From positions 12,340,001 to 12,404,000 of the forward strand of contig NC_087437.1 in assembly GCF_036321535.1 (NCBI RefSeq): 64,000 bases of DNA, read 5' to 3'. This document shows, piece by piece, positions 24,713-37,379 of this stretch. A model generated the notes under the pieces. That model was not told the origin of the DNA and did not search any database. It was given only the letters and a program-made list of their open reading frames with translations. How positions within the stretch are numbered: position 1 is the first letter of the stretch; the number at the start of each line of letters is the position of its first letter. Origin of the DNA: Camelus dromedarius. Taxonomy: Eukaryota. The position numbers and the translations under genes are program-made.

Positions 24713-25061
24713 GTACAAACATTCTCTCCCAAGAGTATGTCAGAATGCTGAATACCAAACATGACTTACTTACCTTGGTTCCCTCTAGTAAACTGTCAAG
24801 CCAAGACTGTATGGTGTGGGGGAATATCATTTTTCAGGTACATTCCAAATATATCCCATCTTTGAGCTATTAAGTAATAGCCAACAATATTATATTGCTG
24901 GATCACTTCAGAAGAACACAGAATAGTCAAAGAAATGAGTCCATGAATCTTCTTAAGTATTCTGAAATGAACGACCATGAGCAATAACATATTTATTGTT
25001 CCTCTAACGTGGATGTCCTGTAAGGTTCGTCAGTGGATCACTGACCAGCATCCATCACTGA

Positions 25062-25312
25062 GAGGCAATAATGCATGGTGGTGAGAACAAAGATGTTGGA
25101 GCTGACTGCCTGGGTTCAATTCTCACTTCTTCCACTTTATAGCTGTTATGGCTCTTGGGAAAGCTAGTTAGCTCCTTTAAGACTCAGTTTCCTCAACTGT
25201 AAAATGGGAATACTAACAAGACTCACTTTGTAGACTAGGTGTGAAGATGCAGTAAGTCAATACATGTACACTGCTTAGCACAGTGCCTGGAACACGGCTA
25301 GTAGTTAATCAC
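25062..25312 (+). mobile_element. MIR SINE, near full length
   Basis: gactgcctgggttcaattc...ctcagtttcctcaactgtaaaatggg...cttagcacagtgcctgg. Confidence 0.9.
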
Positions 25313-25477
25313 TTTAAATAGCAGCAAGAATGATAAGTTATTAAAATAACAGTAATAATACTAATAACAGTATAGAGTCGTATAACAGTTACTTTTAAGG
25401 ACATTATGACTTTGTTGTTAGAACCTAAAACATTTTTAGCAAAATATATAGACTCTCATTGACATTAAGAATGTCAT

Positions 25478-26350
25478 GCTTAAGTGGGCAAAGGACTTGA
25501 ATAAAAATTTTTCAAAGAAGGTATACAAATGACAATGAGTACATGAAAATATGGTCAACATCACTAATCATTAGGGAAATGCAAATCAAAACCAAAGTAA
25601 GATACCACTTCATATCCATTAGAATGACTATTATCCAAAAGCAAATGAACAAAAACAAACAAAAAAACAGAAACTAAGTGCGAGGAGGTAAAGAAATTGG
25701 AATCTTTGTGCATTGCTGGTGGAAATGTTAAATGGTACAGCAACTGTGGTAAACAATGTGGCAGTTTCTCAAAGAATCAAAAGTAGAATTACCATATGAT
25801 TCAGCAATTCCACTTCTGAGTATAAACCCAAGGAACTGAAAGCAGGGACTCAGATATGTGAACACACATGCTCATAGCAGCATTATTTACAGTTGCCAGA
25901 AGGTGGAAACAAGCCAAAATGTTCATCAACAGAAGAATGGATAAACAAAATATGGTCTATACACCCGATGGAATATTATTCAGCCTTAAAAAGGAAGGAA
26001 ATTCTGACATATGCTGCAACATGGATGAACCTTGAGACATTATACTAAGTGAAATAAGCCAGTCACAAAAGGACAAATATTGTATAATTCTACTTATAAT
26101 GAGGTACTTAGAATAGCCAAATTCATAGAGAAAGAAAGTAGAATGGTGGTTGCCAGAGACTGGGATGGGGGAAGATAAGTAAGGATAGGGAATTACTGTT
26201 TGATGGGTGCAGAGTTTCGGTTTGGGGAGATGAAAAAATTCTGGAGCTGGCTAGTGGTGATGGTTGCACCATGACGTATTTAATGCTATTGAACTGTACA
26301 CTTAAAAAGGTTGAAGTGGCCAATCATGTGTATATTTTACCACAGTAAAA
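25478..26350 (+). mobile_element. L1MB-like 3' end
   Basis: aagtgggcaaaggacttgaat...gaaatgcaaatcaaaacc...acatggatgaaccttgag...tatattttaccacagtaaaa. Confidence 0.9.
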
Positions 26351-26614
26351 CACAGGAAACTATATTCAATCCCTTGTAATGGCCTATAATGAAAAAGAAT
26401 AAGTAAAGGTATATATATATGTATACACACACACACACACGTATAAATCACTATGCTGTACACCAGAAATTAACACATTATAAATCAACTCTACTTCAAT
26501 TAAAAAAAAATTAAACAGAGTTTTTGACACAACAAAAAACCAAAAAGGAACATGTTGGACTTCTTGATGGGTTCAGCAAAAACAGTAGACTAGGATCTCC
26601 CTGAAAGTGGCAAC
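26349..26614 (+). repeat. Inverted local duplication of 33089-33360
   Basis: L1 3'UTR, A-tail and ~105 bp of non-L1 sequence match the reverse complement of 33089-33360 almost base for base. Confidence 0.95.
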
Positions 26615-26809
26615 ATGGGTTTAAACTTCATGGATCCACATATTCGTGGATTTTTTCTCACTACTGTACTACACGATGCACGAGTGGATGAATCTGCAGA
26701 TGCAGAACCATAGGTACAGATGGATGGGCAACTGGCAAGTTGTATGCGGATTTTCAACTGCATGCGTGTTCAGTGCCCCTAACCTCCAGTGCCGTTCAAG
26801 GGTCAACTG
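26611..26809 (+). mobile_element. Tigger1-derived MITE, left TIR truncated
   Basis: Ends gttcaagggtcaactg+TA; starts caacatgggtttaaact, lacking the expected cagttgacccttgaa. Confidence 0.8.
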
Positions 26810-28181
26810 TACATAAATACATACATATATATATATATATATATTTTTTTTTAAGAGTGTCATGTTTGAGGCAAATGAAATGTTTACATATTGGCTCAAA
26901 TGTACAATGCATCTAAAACAAAAAAGTTGTACTAGGACTTATAGGGAAAGAATTGGCCATGCTATCACACCTTGATAATTCGTACCTGAATAATACTTTG
27001 AGTTCACAAAACACATAATCATACATCACCTTATGATGTTTTCACAGCCCCCCTTGTGGTAACATTGTTCTTATCTCAATTATGCAGATAAGAAAAATGG
27101 ATCTCAGAGAAACTGAGTGACCCAAGGTTATATTACTGGCAAGTCTGGCATCAGGACTTCAGCCTTGAGGCACCCTCTCCCATGCTGTCTCCTCTGAGTC
27201 CGCCCACCCCCTTGACCAGATCTTCTTTCACTCCATAAATGAAGTGAAATAGAAGCAGTGCTCATACCCTGGCTGGCAAAGCATCAGGAGTCGCCCATAA
27301 CCTCTGCATTACAATTTGTAAAATGAAGCTGGTGGAGATGCTGCAACCCCGAGGTATGCTGGACTATGCCTTAAACTTCCAATTCCTCCATTTTTATTAG
27401 GGTAAACCAAGAAACCCTGTCAAGCATTTAAGAATGAGATAAACTCTCAAGACAGAGATGACAGTGGGTTTGCATTTCCACGAGCATGATATGGTTTTTC
27501 TCAGGGAAAATAAAGTGCTAACCAAAAATAACTAACTGTTGGAAAGTCATATGGGATCAGCCTACCAGCTTCCCAAGAATCTCATCTCAAATGCATAGCC
27601 TAAAATCATGTCTGTTTCCTGAACTGAAAAAAGGCGATCAGAAAAGCTAAGTCGTGTTCCTTGGCCCAGGGCCTCTGCCTTAGGAGAATTTGGTGCTTTC
27701 TGTGTTTCTGGGAGAGTAAGTTGACATTGGCATTCAAATAACTTGCTTTTGGAAGAGTTTCCACGGAAAGGTTGTCATCAGATAAAACAATAGCTCCAGC
27801 CTTCCTACAACATGATTCTTTTAAGCTTCTGAGAGCAGAGCAGTTGCTCTGAGATCGCAGGTGCTCCTCACTCATTCTCACCATATGCGTTACCACTCCA
27901 AGATAAGAATTTCCCCATACAATTCAGTAAATCTTTCTTATAAAGGAAAACCAAAGTACACAAAGCACTTTTTAAAGAATCAGTGTTACCCGTGCCTTTA
28001 TTACCACAAGCTACTGTCTGCTAAGTATTTTGTTTGTTTGTTTTAATATCAAATCTTGTTAAGCAAGCTAATGACATGTATAGGATAAATAAGCAACTGC
28101 GCAGTTTAAAATTAAAATACTTGTCTTTGTCACCTGCACATTTTCTATTGTCTGCCTGGGACAGTTCTGAGACCTTCTTTT

Positions 28182-28388
28182 CGTTGTCCAATACAGTGGT
28201 CACTAACTACGTGTGGCTATTTAAATTGAAATATAAAATAATTGAAGTGAAATAAGAGCTAGCATTTTGTCTCTTAGGTATAGCTGCAACATTTTGAACA
28301 CTCATTAGCCATATGTGGCTAGTGGCAACAAATTAGTGCAGACACAGAATGTTCCATCTTTGCAGAAAGTTCTATGGGTAGTTCTGTG
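28182..28388. mobile_element. MER33-like hAT-Charlie MITE
   Basis: gttgtccaatacagtggtcacta...tgtggctatttaaatt...agccatatgtggctagtgg...gcagaaagttctatgg. Confidence 0.75.
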
Positions 28389-28562
28389 CTTGCTTTAAAG
28401 TCTTGTTCATCTTGGGTTGTGTGAGGTTGAGATAATATTGCTGATTTGACCTCCACCTCCTGTATAACTGAAGCTGCTGGGTGGACCTGGACATTGCAGT
28501 CTTCTCAGGCAGGCCCTTTGAAAACTGGGTTTTCACCAACATCACTCAAATACTCTGTTAGG

Positions 28563-28731
28563 CAGCAGTTCTCGACTACAGATTGGAATGATCTGGAAAG
28601 CTTCTCAAAATGCAGAAGCCTAGGGCCCATCCCCAGGAAGTCTTCACTAATTGCTCTGGTTTGCAGCCTGGATTTTTGAAAAATTCTTCCAGATATTCAA
28701 GTATGCAGCCAGGGTTGAGAACCATGACCCT
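28563..28731. mobile_element. MER5A hAT-Charlie MITE
   Basis: cagcagttctc...tggaatgatctgg...gcagccagggttgagaacca. Confidence 0.8.
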
Positions 28732-30389
28732 AAGACTGTTCCTAGTACCACAAGTCATTTTATCACAAGGCATCTCAGCCCCTGGCTCAGCCACAGGGAG
28801 CACGTCAGATAAGAGCCCTGAACGGGGACACAGGAGACCTGGGTTCAATTTCCAGCCCTCCTCCTGACTGATTGTGGACCTTGGATGAGTCCCTGTCTGC
28901 CTGGACCTCGGGATCCTCCCATGTTAATGAGAGGGGTGATCTCCCCTCACACCCACAATCTGTCAGCCTGGGAAATATCATCCAACTTAGTAAATTAGGG
29001 GAATAAATCTTTTATACCCACTTTAAGCTGATGCTGTACAAGCCTCAGATAGCCCTGATCTTACCCAAATAGCCCTCAGAGGTCTCAGTGTACTGGGCGG
29101 CATTGTGGGGGTGGGCAGGCCACCAATACAAGGCAGTCCTCCACTGTTTAGAATTCAGCTGAGAGTTTTAGTGGCTCCTGTGTGGATCTACATGTTGTAC
29201 CAAGTGCAGAGTCATGACTGATGTTTGGGCATCTTACAAAGGGTTCTAGCTGGCCTCGGCTATTGTGCACGATAAGCTAATGTTTATTTTTGCATCCCAA
29301 GTCTTTCCAGCTGCCCAACTGTGCAATCATTTCATTTCCTTCTCCAGAAACTTTTACCGCTAGCCTTTAAAACCATCACCTAACGGGCACTGAGGTGAAA
29401 GTTTTTTTTACGTGACATTCTAATCTGGCTGTGACTTGAGTTTCTTTCCTCTTGCCTTTCGCCAAAGCAGGCTGGCTTCTTAGAGGCTGTCTAATACGTC
29501 TTTGAACGGGCCCATCTCTCATGTGCTGTTAGAAGTGACATCTCCCAGCTCATCCCATCAGAGACAGTGATGGGATAACACCTTTCAAGGTGACAGTGTG
29601 TGTGACAGCAGGCAGAGGGGAGAGTGTGCTCGCTGGCAAAGATAAGGAATGGGCTATCATTTGGTCTAGCTGTTTCATCACCGTAACTGCTCATGGCTTC
29701 AAATTGCCCATGAATCAACCTGTAAGTGCCTCAGAATAGGAAAGCCGTTGCTAGCCGGCTCTTGACTGCCCTATTGCAAATATTTCACTCCTTCAGTATC
29801 TGCCCGTCTCCTCGTATAATCCACCGCTGAATGTCTGGGCAATGCCTGGGCGTCCTGCTTTTAGAAAGATCCTTTTCAAGCACCTCCAGGAGACAGCTGC
29901 AGCCACAAGCGTGGCGTTCTGTGCGGGGTGGCCTCTGAGCCCAGCCCCCACACCTTCTCAACCTTTGCTGCGTGTAAGAATCACTCCGGCAGTGAATCTT
30001 TGGATCAATACAATCAGAATCTTACTGGGATCCAGGCTTTAGTTTGGGGAGGGGGTGAGGGGTGTCAGCTTCTCTGGAGATTCCAGTGTGCAGCCATGGC
30101 TGGGAACCACTCTAGATCTGGTCACTCAGTTACTCACACTACAAAGTAATATTAGCTGAGCACATTTGGGGAGGCAGGGGGAGAGCCTGGAAATAAATCA
30201 ATACATCATATGTAAGATGGTTATGTAGACTGTAAGGAAAGGTGAAGGGTGACTTGCTGGCGAGGGACTGCCCCTTGATACAGAGTGATCAGGAAAAGCC
30301 TCTCTCTCCCAGAGCCAGAGAGACAGCAGGGAAACAAAGTCAAAATTCTGGAGCCTGGCTGTCTGAAAATATACACCAAGGCAATCCTG

Positions 30390-30820
30390 GTGTATATTTG
30401 CTGTAAATATGCCGTGAAGCAAGCAGCCCCCGAATCTCAGTGGTTTATAACAACAGGCTTTTTTTCTGTAGTGAGCTGGGCTCTGCAGGGTCTTGAAGGG
30501 TGAGGTGGGATCAGGGCTTGGCCCAGGGTGCAGGCTGGGTTCCACTTTGCTCCTCTTGGGCCAGCAGCTGCCTCTTTACACAGCCTTCTCACGATGGTGG
30601 CAGAAGTACCAGGGGAACAAGAGGAAACACTTAAAGTATCTCAAGGCCTAGGCTTAGGACGGGCACACTGTCACTTCTCCCCACATTCCATTGGCCAAAG
30701 CAAATCAATGACCAAGCCCCACAGCAGTCGGGTGGGGAAGCGTCCTGCTTCCACACTGACCCTGGCTGGGGCAGGCAGGGCAGGAGAAGGTGTGAGCCAA
30801 TACTCAACCCCATGTGCCAT
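30390..30820 (-). mobile_element. MLT1H/J-like MaLR LTR
   Basis: aatctcagtggtttataacaaca...ggcacactgtcacttctccccacattccattggccaaagcaaatca. Confidence 0.75.
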
Positions 30821-32499
30821 CTAAGGATACTTAGCAGGGCAGCTTTAGCTTGGAAGCCTAGAAGTGTTTTTTCAAATGAGACCTAAAGCCTCCCCTGGCC
30901 CCGTGCTCTCATGTGCTCCTCTGTATCAGCAGCCCTGTATCTTCTCAGTCATTGTACTCACAGGCCCTCAGTGCAGCACCCTTAAAAACTCAGAGTCCTA
31001 GCTCATTCAGTTCTGGGTTTTTTAGCACTTGGCTCGCTGCCTATAACAACCAGAAGCTACCCCCTTACACTGTCAGAGTCACAGGAGGACCCTATGCTCT
31101 GCCCCTTTTGATAATATGTAGGACTCTCAGAAGCATGTATGTTCAATATTTTTATGCCCTATAGCCTAGAAGCCCCAGGAAGGCAGTAACTAGGCCCACT
31201 TTGTTCGTGGCTGAACCCCCGAAGCCAAGCTCAGGGACTAGCATCACCATGTTTGTTCAATTGAATGAAATTATCCTAAAATGGGCGGCAAAGTCAGAGC
31301 CAGACAGAGGATCTCATGAGAAACTAGGACATCCCTAGTTCACTCAGTTGTCTCTTCTGTAACGTGAGGTTTATAATATGAAGTTTACATCGTGGAAATG
31401 ATGGAAAGATCAAATAAGATAATTCATGTAAAAGCCTTAAAATACATGGACATCATAAAAACAATAAATAGGGAACCTGTGGAATGGGAATGTGAAAAAA
31501 AAAAATGAAGTTGAAATAGAAGGAATTTTGTTAGATTCGTTTCACACCTCATTTTCCCTCACTTCAAAGCTAGTCAGAGTAATCCCTGGAGCAGTAACTG
31601 CTACTTGTAAAGTTTGGGGGAAAAGAAAAAGTGTCAGAAGATACTGCCCCTCAGATTTCAAAGAGCGATCATAGGAAGAACAGGCTGAACACTTCATATG
31701 GGAAAGACCTGGGGAAAGCAAAGCCAGCTCAAAGTCCACGTGCAGATACCTGGGAGGGAGCAGATTCCCTGGTAGTAAGCCCAGCGGCTGTGTGCCGACC
31801 AGGTTTGTCAGGTCTCCCCGTACGGCTGGTTACCAGATCCAGGGATCAAGAGAACTTGACCTATACAGTATATCTCGACAGCAGTTTGTAGAATAGACAT
31901 TTCATAAACTGGAAACTTATGTCCTAGATCCAGCCCTAGTCATCTTTTCTGGTTGATAAGAGGTTGGACAGGGAAGCAGAAAAGAAGAGAGGAAAAAAAA
32001 ATGAATGAATGGGTCAATGAATGAATATTTATTTGCATGGTTGAAATTATAGATCAAGGGTATCTCTATTCAAGGCCAATCATAATAACAGCAAAGCTTA
32101 TATCCATGTGTCACTAGGTAACTTCCAGAAGCTAGCTGGATACTTGTTCAAGGAGCAGAGCAGAGGCTCAAAGGCATAATTTAAGGAGGAGCTGGTAAAG
32201 AAGAATTCCAGGCAGGTAGCGAAGAATTGGCGGACTGCATGGTGGGGGCCAGTGCCAGTGGAGGATGGGCAGCCTGGAGCTGGGTGGACCCCTAGCAGAG
32301 CGGCCTAGGGCATGGGGTCCAAGACCTCAGCCACCCAAAACCACCCTACTCCACTCACTCAGAAAGCCTCAGCGGGTCCCTATTAAGATAAGCTTCTCGC
32401 TTACAGGAGAAATAAAGAGAAAAGAGATGCATGAAATCTATGGATCAGAAACCATAAGGAGACTTCCTGCCCAGCTGGGTTTTACCCAGATCCCAAAAA

Positions 32500-32965
32500 G
32501 CAGTGGCTCTCAAATAACAGTCTGTGAACCAGGATTAGCCTCCAAAGTGAGCACACAGGTAACCAGAACCGAGATCAAGAAACAGAACATGGCTTGTACC
32601 TCTGAAGCCCCCTCCATTCTCCTTTTCAGTCACCACCCTGCCCTAAGCACATCCACTCTCCGACCTCTGACAGCCAGCTTTCGTAATTTGTGTAAGTGGA
32701 ATCACGCAGTAGTTTCTTTTTTGTGTCTGCCTTCTCTGACGCAGATGATGTTTGAGAGGCTCACCCCTTTTGTGCAGTGGAGTGCAGTTTGGTTTGCTCT
32801 CACTGCTGTGAGGAAATAGTGTTAACTTTCATGTGTGTTTCTCCTGAGGATGGACACTTGCATTGTGTCCATTTTGGAGCCCTTGTGAACAGTGTAGCGA
32901 CTACCGATCTTGTACGTGCCTTTGGGCGCACGTGTGCACATTTCTGTGGGCTTACCTTTCTAAGC
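32500..32965 (-). mobile_element. Old L1MC/ME 3' fragment
   Basis: cacacaggtaaccagaaccgagatcaagaaacagaacat...aagtggaatcacgcagta...gatggacacttgcattgtgtccattttgg. Confidence 0.7.
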
Positions 32966-33158
32966 ATCTGTCGATCTAGAGCTAAAAAATGAAATCAATA
33001 ATATCATCCTCACAGGTTTACTGTTAAGATTAAATGAGATAATGTATGTGAACCTGTTGCAAACTCTAAATGTGATACAAATTTAAGAGTTGCCCCTTTC
33101 AGGGAGACCCTAGTCTACTGTTTTTGCTGAACCCATCAAAAAGTCCAACATGTTCCTT

Positions 33159-34031
33159 TTTGGTTTTTTGTTGTGTCAAAAACTCTGTTTAATTTTTTTT
33201 ATTGAAGTAGAGTTGATTTATAACATTGTGTTAATTTCTAATGTACAGCATAGTGATTTATACGTATGTGTGTGTGTGTGTGTGTGTATGTATATATACA
33301 CCTTTTATTATTCTTTTTCATTATAGCCATTACAAGGTATTGAATATAGTTTCATGTGTTATACAGTAGGTCCTTGTTGTTTATCTATTTTATATGTAGT
33401 AGTGTGTATCTGCAAATCCTAAACTCTCAACTCATCTCTCCCCATCCCCTTTTCCCCCTGGTAACCACAAGTTTGTTTTCTATGTCTGTGAGTCAGTCTC
33501 TGTTTTGTAAATAAGTTAATTTGTGTCCTTTTACTTTTTTAGATTCCACATATAAGTGACATCATATGGTAATGTTCTTTCTCTTTCTAGCTTACTTCAC
33601 TTAGTATAACAATCTCCAGGTCCATCCATGTTGCTGCAAATGGCATTATTTCATTCTTTTTTATGGCTGAGTAATACTTACATATACACGTGTGTGTGTG
33701 TGTATGTGTGTGTGTGCATGTGTGTGTGTTTATGCATACTACATCTTCTTTATCCAGTCATCTGTCGATGGACATTTAGGGTGCTTCCATGTCTTGGCTG
33801 TTGTAAATTGTGCTGCTATGCGCATTGAGGTGCATGTATCTTTTCTAATTAGAGTTTTCTCTGGATACATGCCCAGGAGTGGGATTGCTGGATCATATGG
33901 TAAATCTATTTTCAGTTTTTTAAGGAATCTTCATACTGTTTTCCATAATGGCTGCATCAAACTACATTCCCATCAGCAGCGTAGGAGGGCTCCCTTTTCT
34001 CCACACCCTCTCCAGCATTTGTCATTTGTGG
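33159..34031 (-). mobile_element. 5'-truncated L1 with short 3' transduction and 21-bp TSD
   Basis: ORF2 end ([14 protein letters not shown]) and 3'UTR; A-tail, then ttaaacagagtttttgacac, then a second degraded A-tail; TSD aaaaagtcca(a/g)catgtt(c/t)ctt at 33138-33158 and 34032-34052. Confidence 0.9.
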
Positions 34032-37000
34032 AAAAAGTCCAGCATGTTTCTTGAAATATTCTCTAACCAATCTCAGGCCTTCCAAATGCATATGTTGCAC
34101 AGGATCTACAGCAATAGTTCTTAACTCTAGACCAACGAACACAGGTACACCAGTGTCTCCACTCTGGAGCATTGCCGAGTATCTGTTGATATGTAGATTT
34201 TATTTCTACCGCAGCTTAAACTCCACTCAATCATAACACCCTCTATCAAAGAGACCCTGAGCAGATCATATAAACAGGTGGAAACCAAGATATAGCTTAC
34301 TCAAAGTAAGGGGATAGAGAGAGCAAAATATCAGGGCAGCCACAAGGGAAATTTACATATTTACATATTTTCCAGATTATAGGGAGCTTGGCCTTATGAG
34401 CACATTAGAGAACAGAGTTGGGGCCATGACCTCCTGCTCAATCAGAAACACTAAAGGGGACCACATGTGAGAGCTAAGAAAGCTTACGTAGATTTAGGGG
34501 GATTCTGAGATATGTGGCTGTGATTTCATTGTAATGATTCTTGATTTTGTTTAGTGTTTAGTTTCTTTCAGCCCCTCCAAGCATGGCGCCAACATTTTAA
34601 CATTTGAACCCCAAACCATCACACACCAGCAGGGAGATGCACCTGTACCGCTTATTCAATGTTCCTTCTCATGTGGTAAGCACAGCAGTGCTGTGCCGTG
34701 TACCAGGCTTTATGATTTCCACACCCCTTCTACACACACCATTCCTTTTTATCCTCACAGCCACCCTGGAAACAAGGCGGGGAATGGAATATCCATGTCC
34801 CTATTTTACCTAAAACTGAAACCCAGAAAGGTTGCCTATCATGTCCATGTGCCCAGCATTATCCAGCAGGGGAAACAAAGTTGGATCTGCTGCCTTTCCA
34901 CTTCCTCCCACTCACCACTTGCCTCTTGGGTGTGTATTCACCTCCCTTGCTATACTATAAATGCCGAAAAGCAGAGGGTGCCCCTTATCTTGTGTTCTTT
35001 TTCTCTCTTACACCCACTCCTGCATCTTAAACAGAGTGGGTGCTGGATGTCCTGGGGATAAGAAACTCTTCTTTTCAAGCCAGTTGAAGTTTAAATAGGT
35101 TGCTCCAGGAACTCAGGATTGCTTGTAAAGAATGAAGAGGATTCTTGATGGAGACAAGACCTTAAAAACTCTTTTGTCTGCACAAAGGTAGATCCCAGAG
35201 CAAATCTAGAGAAGGGACATCATTATTGACCTATGGAAAAAGTATTTCTTCCTGGCAACTTGAGAGAAAGGTTGGAACCAAAAGGGAGGAGATGGAAGAG
35301 AAGATTAGAGTGGCTCTGAAAAAATATGGTGGATGGTCAGAGCCCCTGAGGAAATACGGCCAGTGATAACTGCTCTGTGGTGAGGACAGTTGAGCCTGAG
35401 TAATATCTAACACCTACTACCAGGCATCTCCTATTGCGCTCTGTGTTACAGACGCAATGATTTTTCTCCACACTTTAGTCAAATTAGATGACACATCCTG
35501 TGTCAGTGGTGCTTTAGGAAATGGAGGAAGAGGGGTTAGGTCAGTCTTTGGTCTAAAGAGGGAAGACAAAAAGAAGGTCAAATGCCCCAGGAGGCAAGAC
35601 GGGAAGAGAAGGTTGAGAGATGGGTCAAGAGCAGGAGTGCTGAGTGGAAATAACCTGGACACACGCCTCCTCAGAAATGCTCAGAAATGTCAAGAAGGCA
35701 CAAGACTCACCGCAGAACATGGGACATTGGAGGTCAAGTCATTTTAGTTGGATACTGAAAAAAACAGTGATTCCAGAAAGCTGGGAGTCTTGAAGACATA
35801 AAGGTTATGCCATATATTTTGAACTTTTCAAATTACAATTTGGGTGCTTCCGTCTTGGAGAAGTTCACAGAGTTTTATTTTGTATTTTTTTGCCTTCTAG
35901 TTTTATTCTTGCTGTTACCCCTTATTCTTCTTCTACTGGGAAATAACCAGATTTAACATCCTTTGCTTGCTTGATGAACCAAGGACATGTGCAAAGCCAG
36001 GAATCCTAGTAGTGTGGAATCTTTCTATACTCTACCCGACCCTGGGTCTCACAGTTGTGGGTGGGGGTGGGGTGGGGGGGAGATGTGTGTCTAAGGGACA
36101 GAATAAGCAGGGTCACAAGAAGAAGGAGATTACTAACCAGCTGAGGGACAAACTTATTTACTCTTAAATATATGTATTTTTTCAGAGTCAGCAAAAGCCA
36201 GAGCCATCATGCCTACGAAACTGCATTTGCATTTATAGTACAAATAAGAAAAATGAGTTCTAGCCAGAGCATGTCCTCAAAGAGATGATAAATCCACTCT
36301 CCTGACTGGAGCGCTGGGCAGTACTTTGATTGGTACACGAGGACGTGTGTTGCAATTGTAAGTGAAGGCGAGCGAGAAATGTGGGAAAGGAGCCAGTGGG
36401 GACTTTTCACCATGGGAACAGCTTAGTCCCAGAGAGCCAGCTCTTCTGTTGAAAACTGCGTATACCTGGTAACTCTGAAGACATTTATTCCTCCATGAAG
36501 TTCGGCTCATGGTGGGTTAATAATTAGATACTCTTTGTGAGTAGTTCAAGTGAAGGCCACTAGCTATGACTTCACTTTGGCTGGGGTTTCCCTGTAATCC
36601 ATTTAGCAAATTAAAGAGATTACTTTGATTGGTGCCATTATCTCCTGTTCTCTTGCCGGTGAACCACTTAACCTGTGCTTAATTGAAAGAGATAGACAGG
36701 GTACAGTAACAAATACAATCCAAAGGAAGGGGCAATAGGATCTGTAGGCCAAACAAATGATGGCACTGGGCTAACAATAGCAGATTAGAGGTGAGATCAA
36801 TTAATTAGAAGCTATTGTAGGCGTTGGGTGGTTGCCAAGGTTTCTAATAGCCTAAGCCATCATGCCAGCTCTGTTTAGGAGGATTTTAATGACTGGGAGT
36901 TGATGCGGCTATTTCAATAATTACTTACTTTTATAATTACTTCATTAGAATACTAAATGTATTACTTCAGTGAGAAAGATCTTTATTCTCCGACATGTCC

Positions 37001-37379
37001 AGCCATATTGGAGACTCCATCGTCCCACAGAGAAGCCTCCGTTTGGAAGAGGCAGAGGTTTGGAAATAGCTGTGCTCACATGGTGTTAAATATTATGTAT
37101 GAAGTGCCGGCTCTGTGAGGCCCTGGGCTAGGTGTTTGGAGTACAGAGATCATGAGGCCACATCTTTGGCGTGGGTGCAGACATAATTTCAATCCAATTG
37201 CATAAAGGTTAGAATAAAATTGTGCAAAGGGTATGCATCAATCAGTGCAGCAGAGAAAAGAGAGGTCATTCTAGTTGTTTCAAGCAGAAAGGGATTTAAT
37301 AGAGGGAATTAGGTTCCAGATCTGGCCATTCATTATTTGATGGACGTCATATCCTTTTACCCTCTTCGTCCTTGGCTAC

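Larger units (their letters stand above)
4237..25018 (-). pseudogene. Candidate decayed multi-exon gene (unitary pseudogene), identity unknown
   Basis: Series of AG/GT-bounded exon-like blocks in repeat-free DNA with largely compatible phases (individual exons listed separately), disrupted by stops and frameshifts. No homology search was possible. Confidence 0.4.

Noticed and set aside
27044..27060. CTCF-like motif (ccacaaggggggctg, minus strand)
   Set aside because: It mismatches the core and lies within a MIR-like remnant; unsupported without a PWM score or ChIP data.
32265..32819. 184-aa ATG ORF
   Set aside because: The second half is antisense old L1; no domain or splice context.
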